From an uncultured virus (IMG/VR IMGVR_UViG_3300038825_001787) (lineage: Duplodnaviria > Heunggongvirae > Uroviricota > Caudoviricetes), in IMG/VR virus record IMGVR_UViG_3300038825_001787: a stretch of DNA of 20,000 nt; one strand, 5' to 3'. The notes under the pieces are model-generated. The model saw only the letters and a program-made list of their open reading frames with translations, made no database searches and was not told the origin of the DNA. Positions 16,271 through 20,000 of this stretch are shown in pieces. Made by a program: the position numbers and the translations under genes. Each line of letters begins with the position of its first letter. Position 1 is the first letter of the stretch.

Positions 16271-16603
16271 ATGAGTAATGAAAATGAAAACAATACTAAT
16301 GAAAAATACGAGAAATACGAAATGCTAGAATACCTAGCCGAAAGTGTTCCGCACGATGCGGGGGACTACCAAGCAGAGGCTAAAGCACTTCTTGACTTGA
16401 TGGGAACTACCTACACTGCTATGGGATTTCCCATAATCTTGAGAGAAATGGTCAACCAAAACATAAAGGAAAACTACAAACCTCGTATCAAGTCCTTTTT
16501 CGGAGGAAACTCCACAAGTGCCGATGAAAAGATAAAGGCTGCTGGAAAGAAGTTCCAAGCGGCCTTTGAGGATGCTCTTGTGGGACATATGAAAGAGGAG
16601 TGA
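16271..16603 (+). CDS. Hypothetical protein
   Basis: 110-aa ORF with ACTAGA-ATG start. Confidence 0.75.
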   Translation: MSNENENNTNEKYEKYEMLEYLAESVPHDAGDYQAEAKALLDLMGTTYTAMGFPIILREMVNQNIKENYKPRIKSFFGGNSTSADEKIKAAGKKFQAAFEDALVGHMKEE

Positions 16604-16610
16604 ACAACTC

Positions 16611-17189
16611 CTACTAGAATGGAAATCAAAATAGACATTAGTGTAAAACAAATACTAACTCTATGCGGTATACAACAAGAGATTGACAAAAAGGAAGTCG
16701 CTAGACTTCGTAAAAATGCCAATAACCGAAGATACCGTGAAAGAAACAGAGAAATAATCAATGCTAGAAAAAAACTGTATCGCGAAAAGAATCGTGAGAA
16801 GATAAAAGCAAGAAGACGCGAGATTCACAAAGCGAATCCTGAGAAGAAGTCGATGTCTGACCGCAAGTATTACGAAAAGAATCGTGAAAAGATAATTGCA
16901 AAAAGACGTGAGTGGGATGAAGCAAATCCTGAGAAAAGAAATGCGTATGACCGCAAGTATTACGAAAAGAATCGTGAAAAGATATTAGCGAGAAAACGCG
17001 CACGCTATCACGCAGACAAAGAGGACTAATCCTCTACTAGAATGGAAATCAAAATAGACATTAGTGTAAAACAAATACTAACTCTATGCGGTATACAACA
17101 AGAGATTGACAAAAAGGAAGTCGCTAGACTTCGTAAAAATGCCAATAACCGAAGATACCGTGAAAGAAACAGAGAAATAATCAATGCTA
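16611..17189 (+). repeat. 156-bp exact direct repeat (16611-16766 and 17034-17189)
   Basis: Identical from CTACTAGAATGGAAATC to ...ATCAATGCTA. Confidence 0.95.
16619..17029 (+). CDS. Basic helical repeat protein (YREKNREKI-type repeats)
   Basis: 15/30-aa periodic repeats, with a 37-bp exact internal repeat at 16858-16894 and 16948-16984. Confidence 0.8.
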   Translation: MEIKIDISVKQILTLCGIQQEIDKKEVARLRKNANNRRYRERNREIINARKKLYREKNREKIKARRREIHKANPEKKSMSDRKYYEKNREKIIAKRREWDEANPEKRNAYDRKYYEKNREKILARKRARYHADKED

Positions 17190-17404
17190 AACAACGCCTA
17201 TATCGCAATAAAAATTTAGAACGATTGAAGGTTAAGCAAGAGGAATGGCGTAAAGCCAACCCTGAAAAACGCGCGGCACAAGCCCGACGATACCGTGAGA
17301 AACACCGCGAGAAGTTGGCTAGAAAACAGCGTGAATATATGAAAAGAAAGAAGGAGCAATCCTCTACTAGATGGAAGAAAAAATTGAATGCTCAATTTGT
17401 TTGA
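17042..17404 (+). CDS. Paralogous basic repeat protein; apparent stop-loss at 17357-17359
   Basis: First about 49 codons are identical to the 16619 gene. It reads through the junction and overlaps the next gene by 34 nt. Confidence 0.72.
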   Translation: MEIKIDISVKQILTLCGIQQEIDKKEVARLRKNANNRRYRERNREIINAKQRLYRNKNLERLKVKQEEWRKANPEKRAAQARRYREKHREKLARKQREYMKRKKEQSSTRWKKKLNAQFV

Positions 17405-17667
17405 AAACAATAGAACCACACCCAAAAGACACCAGACAAGCAAAATGGAAAGAAGCCAACTATCATGGTTGGATCTATGGGAATAACCCCGATCCTGTTG
17501 CCACTGGTCGCTGTTGCGACACATGTGACTGTCTGATTGTTCTCCCAGCAAGAATGGGTATGAACGGTGCGGCGGCTATTGAGTTTGGACAGATAATGCT
17601 CCGAAACCGGATTAACCCTCCGGATTTTGAAAAAATTAAAGAAAACCTTAAGAAACAGGCTGAATAA
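17371..17667 (+). CDS. Phage-type zinc-binding protein (CxxC...GNNP.P...GRCCDxC)
   Basis: CSIC and YGNNPDPVATGRCCDTC...VLPAR. Motif-linked start. Confidence 0.8.
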   Translation: MEEKIECSICLKTIEPHPKDTRQAKWKEANYHGWIYGNNPDPVATGRCCDTCDCLIVLPARMGMNGAAAIEFGQIMLRNRINPPDFEKIKENLKKQAE

Positions 17668-17678
17668 GCCTCTACTAG

Positions 17679-17795
17679 ATGAGTGATTTACACGATGAAA
17701 TAATTGCATGGCGTTCCCATTTAAGGAACGAAAATGCTACTAGTCACGTCTCTGATGAACATATGCCATATATTGGCGAGTTTATTGGAGAGTGA
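17679..17795 (+). CDS. 38-aa hypothetical protein
   Basis: Not in the ORF track. MSDLHDEIIAWRSHLRNENATSHVSDEHMPYIGEFIGE, with motif-linked start and the stop in the next hairpin. Confidence 0.55.
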   Translation: MSDLHDEIIAWRSHLRNENATSHVSDEHMPYIGEFIGE

Positions 17796-17805
17796 ACTTA
17801 CTAGA

Positions 17806-18921
17806 ATGAGTAAAGAATTTGAAACAAAAATAATATACAAGAAAACCAGCACAGGCAAAATCCAGCAATGGCAAGCCTGGGTTGAAAAGACTGAAACTGG
17901 ATATCTGTTAAAAGTTAGATCGGGTCAAACCGATGGTAAACTTACAGAAACAACAGGACAGGTTATTGATGAAGGTAAGCAAAAGCGTACCGCAAAGGAG
18001 CAAGCAGTTTTTGAGGCTAACTCAAAAGTTAACAAGAAACTAGATGAAGGATATTCTGACAGCATTGAAAGTGCTAAGAATTACGTCAAGTTGCTACCGA
18101 TGCTGGCACATTCTTTTGCTAAGCGAAAGCACAACATCAACTATCCTGCAATTGTTCAGAGAAAATTTGACGGTGTACGATGTCTAGCCATCCTAAAGGA
18201 TGACGGCACTGTATCACTAATGTCAAGAAAAGGAAAAGAATTTCCTCACATGAATCATATCAGAAAAGATATTGCTGCCAATAACAGTGATACTACTTTG
18301 ATACTTGATGGTGAATTATATTCTGATACCTTGTCTTTCCAAGTACTGGTTGGACTTGTAAAACGTGTTACACTGAAAGAAGGAAATGATGAGCAAATGC
18401 TCCAAGTTTCCCTACGTGTATACGATTGTATAAAATTAAACGAAGAACCTGGGTTTCAACAAAGACACGAGATGATTGCCAAAGTAACAGATGGCGCAAA
18501 TTATCTTTCTTTAGTTGAAAACTTTACAGTGGAATCTGAAAAGGAAATCCACGAAGCACAGGCTCGATTCGTAGAAGAAGGCTATGAAGGTGCTATGGTT
18601 AGAAACATAACCGGAGCATATGCCATCGGAAAAAGAAGTGCTAATTTACAGAAAGTGAAAACTTTCTTAGACGGCGAATACGAAATCGTCGGCTTTAACC
18701 AAGCCTCAGGAAATGACATTGGAACGGTTATCTGGGTGTGTAAAACACCGGAAGGAAACCAGTTCAACGTCAGACCTCGTGGTACGAGAGAAGTAAAAAG
18801 AGAACAATACGAAAACGGTGATTCTTACATTGGGCGACATTTGACTGTCCGATATCAAGAATTAACCGATGACGGTGTTCCAAGATTCCCAGTGGGAATA
18901 GCAATTCGTGATTACGAATAA
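17806..18921 (+). CDS. lig: ATP-dependent DNA ligase
   Basis: Motif I QRKFDGVR, motif III ILDGELY, motif IV GYEGAMVR, motif V LQKVK and C-terminal VPRFP. Start moved to 17806 (ACTAGA-ATG). Confidence 0.93.
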   Translation: MSKEFETKIIYKKTSTGKIQQWQAWVEKTETGYLLKVRSGQTDGKLTETTGQVIDEGKQKRTAKEQAVFEANSKVNKKLDEGYSDSIESAKNYVKLLPMLAHSFAKRKHNINYPAIVQRKFDGVRCLAILKDDGTVSLMSRKGKEFPHMNHIRKDIAANNSDTTLILDGELYSDTLSFQVLVGLVKRVTLKEGNDEQMLQVSLRVYDCIKLNEEPGFQQRHEMIAKVTDGANYLSLVENFTVESEKEIHEAQARFVEEGYEGAMVRNITGAYAIGKRSANLQKVKTFLDGEYEIVGFNQASGNDIGTVIWVCKTPEGNQFNVRPRGTREVKREQYENGDSYIGRHLTVRYQELTDDGVPRFPVGIAIRDYE

Positions 18922-18948
18922 TTGCCTTAACAGGCTTACTAGATAAAA

Positions 18949-19707
18949 ATGGGATATGACCTAGAAATTATAACAAACAAAACCAAAAGAAAATATCATA
19001 TGTGGTTCAGCGTATGGGAATGGTACCGATTGTTGGTAGTTACATTACATGGATTGGGTGCTTTGACTTCGGAAGAAGTAGAAAGAAAACTAATGACTGT
19101 TAATGAACTACAAGCCGGGACACTCCCTAATGATGAAGAAACCAAAGGAAGAATCGACCTTTCTTATGAAAAAAATGATGATGACAGAACAACACAAAAT
19201 AAGATATTATCCATGGACCTTGACACAGATGTACAAGGTCGGATAATTGGAATTGGTGTTGGCGTACCAATGCATTTTGTAGAAAATGCTGACGAGTCAG
19301 AAATAGAAAGACTTCACAATAACCTTGAGTCATTGTGTAGGATACAAATGATGACCAACCACATGTTATTTGATACACAAGATATGACAGGCTTTGGAAA
19401 CAAAACCTGTCGAGGTCTTGCGTGTAATGACGGTTTTAAACTATCAAGTGATACAGTTGCCGCACTAGGGTGTGGTATGTTTATTGCTGCTTCCAAAGGA
19501 GGCATAATTGATGAAAAGTTAACCGAATTTTTACAAAACACAGAATTCACTGAAACATTTCAAAATGTTCTAAAGGAACTAAAGGAAATGGATTCTGGTG
19601 ATTTTGAGATAGAAGAATTATGGGAAAACCACAAAGAGGAAATTCCTAAGTGGTTTGCTATAATGATCAAAGCAACCTCTTTGGGTGCCAAAATTGAAAT
19701 CACTTAG
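18949..19707 (+). CDS. Hypothetical protein
   Basis: 252-aa ORF. ATG lies 6 nt after ACTAG. Confidence 0.8.
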   Translation: MGYDLEIITNKTKRKYHMWFSVWEWYRLLVVTLHGLGALTSEEVERKLMTVNELQAGTLPNDEETKGRIDLSYEKNDDDRTTQNKILSMDLDTDVQGRIIGIGVGVPMHFVENADESEIERLHNNLESLCRIQMMTNHMLFDTQDMTGFGNKTCRGLACNDGFKLSSDTVAALGCGMFIAASKGGIIDEKLTEFLQNTEFTETFQNVLKELKEMDSGDFEIEELWENHKEEIPKWFAIMIKATSLGAKIEIT

Positions 19708-19724
19708 TCGCGAGGCTATACTAG

Positions 19725-20000
19725 ATGAACCCTGAATGGAAGAAACGTCAAGAAGAATTGATAAAACACTGGAATGAGCGTGCAAATGAATTGGTTGGTA
19801 AGACAATCAAATCGTGTCGCTACATGACAGACGAAGAAAAAACAAAACTAGGACTGGAACACTGGGGTCGAATTAATGTAATAATTACTTTCGACGATGG
19901 CACTATTGCATTTCCGTCGCAAGATGATGAAATGAATGGTTCAGGTGTACTATATGCTTACAGAGCAGATGGTTCTGAAATTGCAATGCCTCACATATAA
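19725..20000 (+). CDS. Conserved phage-type hypothetical protein
   Basis: LVGKTI...RYMT.EE...FDDGT...PSQDDE.NG.G pattern. Motif-linked start, stop at the window end. Confidence 0.78.
   Translation: MNPEWKKRQEELIKHWNERANELVGKTIKSCRYMTDEEKTKLGLEHWGRINVIITFDDGTIAFPSQDDEMNGSGVLYAYRADGSEIAMPHI

Larger units (their letters stand above)
1588..19724 (+). repeat. Dispersed gene-junction element: stem-loop + (Y)0-2 + ACTAG, about 39 copies
   Basis: ACTAG starts at 1615, 2143, 2451, 2786, 2983, 4235, 4951, 5391, 5946, 6277, 7519, 8066, 8876, 9090, 9556, 9825, 10713, 11843, 12073, 12221, 12736, 13601, 13962, 14141, 14504, 14814, 15058, 15545, 15964, 16265, 16613, 17036, 17366, 17674, 17800, 18938 and 19720. 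Variants are ATCAG at 2241 and ACCAG at 6022. Nearly all copies have an inverted repeat directly upstream. Confidence 0.95.

Noticed and set aside
17734..17805. Longer ligase start given in the ORF track
   Set aside because: It crosses the junction at 17800 and overlaps the 38-aa ORF. ATG 17806 fits the pattern.
13836..18046. Intragenic ACTAG copies (e.g. 13836, 14887, 17738, about 18039)
   Set aside because: No convincing adjacent hairpin. A 5-mer is expected by chance several times in 20 kb.
1588..19724. CRISPR array or integron attC array
   Set aside because: The conserved sequence is only about 5-8 nt and the spacers are whole genes. There are no RYYYAAC/GTTRRRY boxes and no cas or integrase gene in the window.
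1614..19727. TACTAGATG is identical to the BioBrick RFC10 RBS-CDS assembly scar, so the sequence could be synthetic
   Set aside because: No standard parts or RBS upstream. Natural variants (CACTAG, ATCAG, ACCAG, GAATG) and covarying hairpins are present, and the gene content looks like a natural virus.
208..19806. Minus-strand and nested alternative-frame ORFs in the track
   Set aside because: All overlap better-supported + strand genes, lack the start signal and have no recognisable motifs.

Overview
AT-rich, gene-dense segment with every credible gene on the + strand. It is most likely from a large prokaryotic dsDNA virus, possibly archaeal (inference). Recognisable genes are a PriS-type archaeo-eukaryotic primase, RNase HI, an ATP-dependent DNA ligase, a retropepsin-like protease and many small Zn-finger, HTH and phage-type hypothetical proteins. 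The main feature is a punctuation signal at almost every gene boundary: a stem-loop, usually containing the upstream stop codon, then 0-2 pyrimidines and ACTAG (variants ATCAG, ACCAG), usually directly followed by ATG. I count 39 junction copies by eye. The same signal brackets two long, hairpin-rich, apparently non-coding units (about 4239-4954 and 5395-5949). In both units the 5' and 3' ends pair so that the unit reads G...stem-ACUA. This suggests an RNA processing or transcription punctuation system that yields near-leaderless mRNAs with tRNA-acceptor-like 3' ends. Recent exact duplications also start at or span the signal. Functional interpretations are inference; no searches or folding programs were run.
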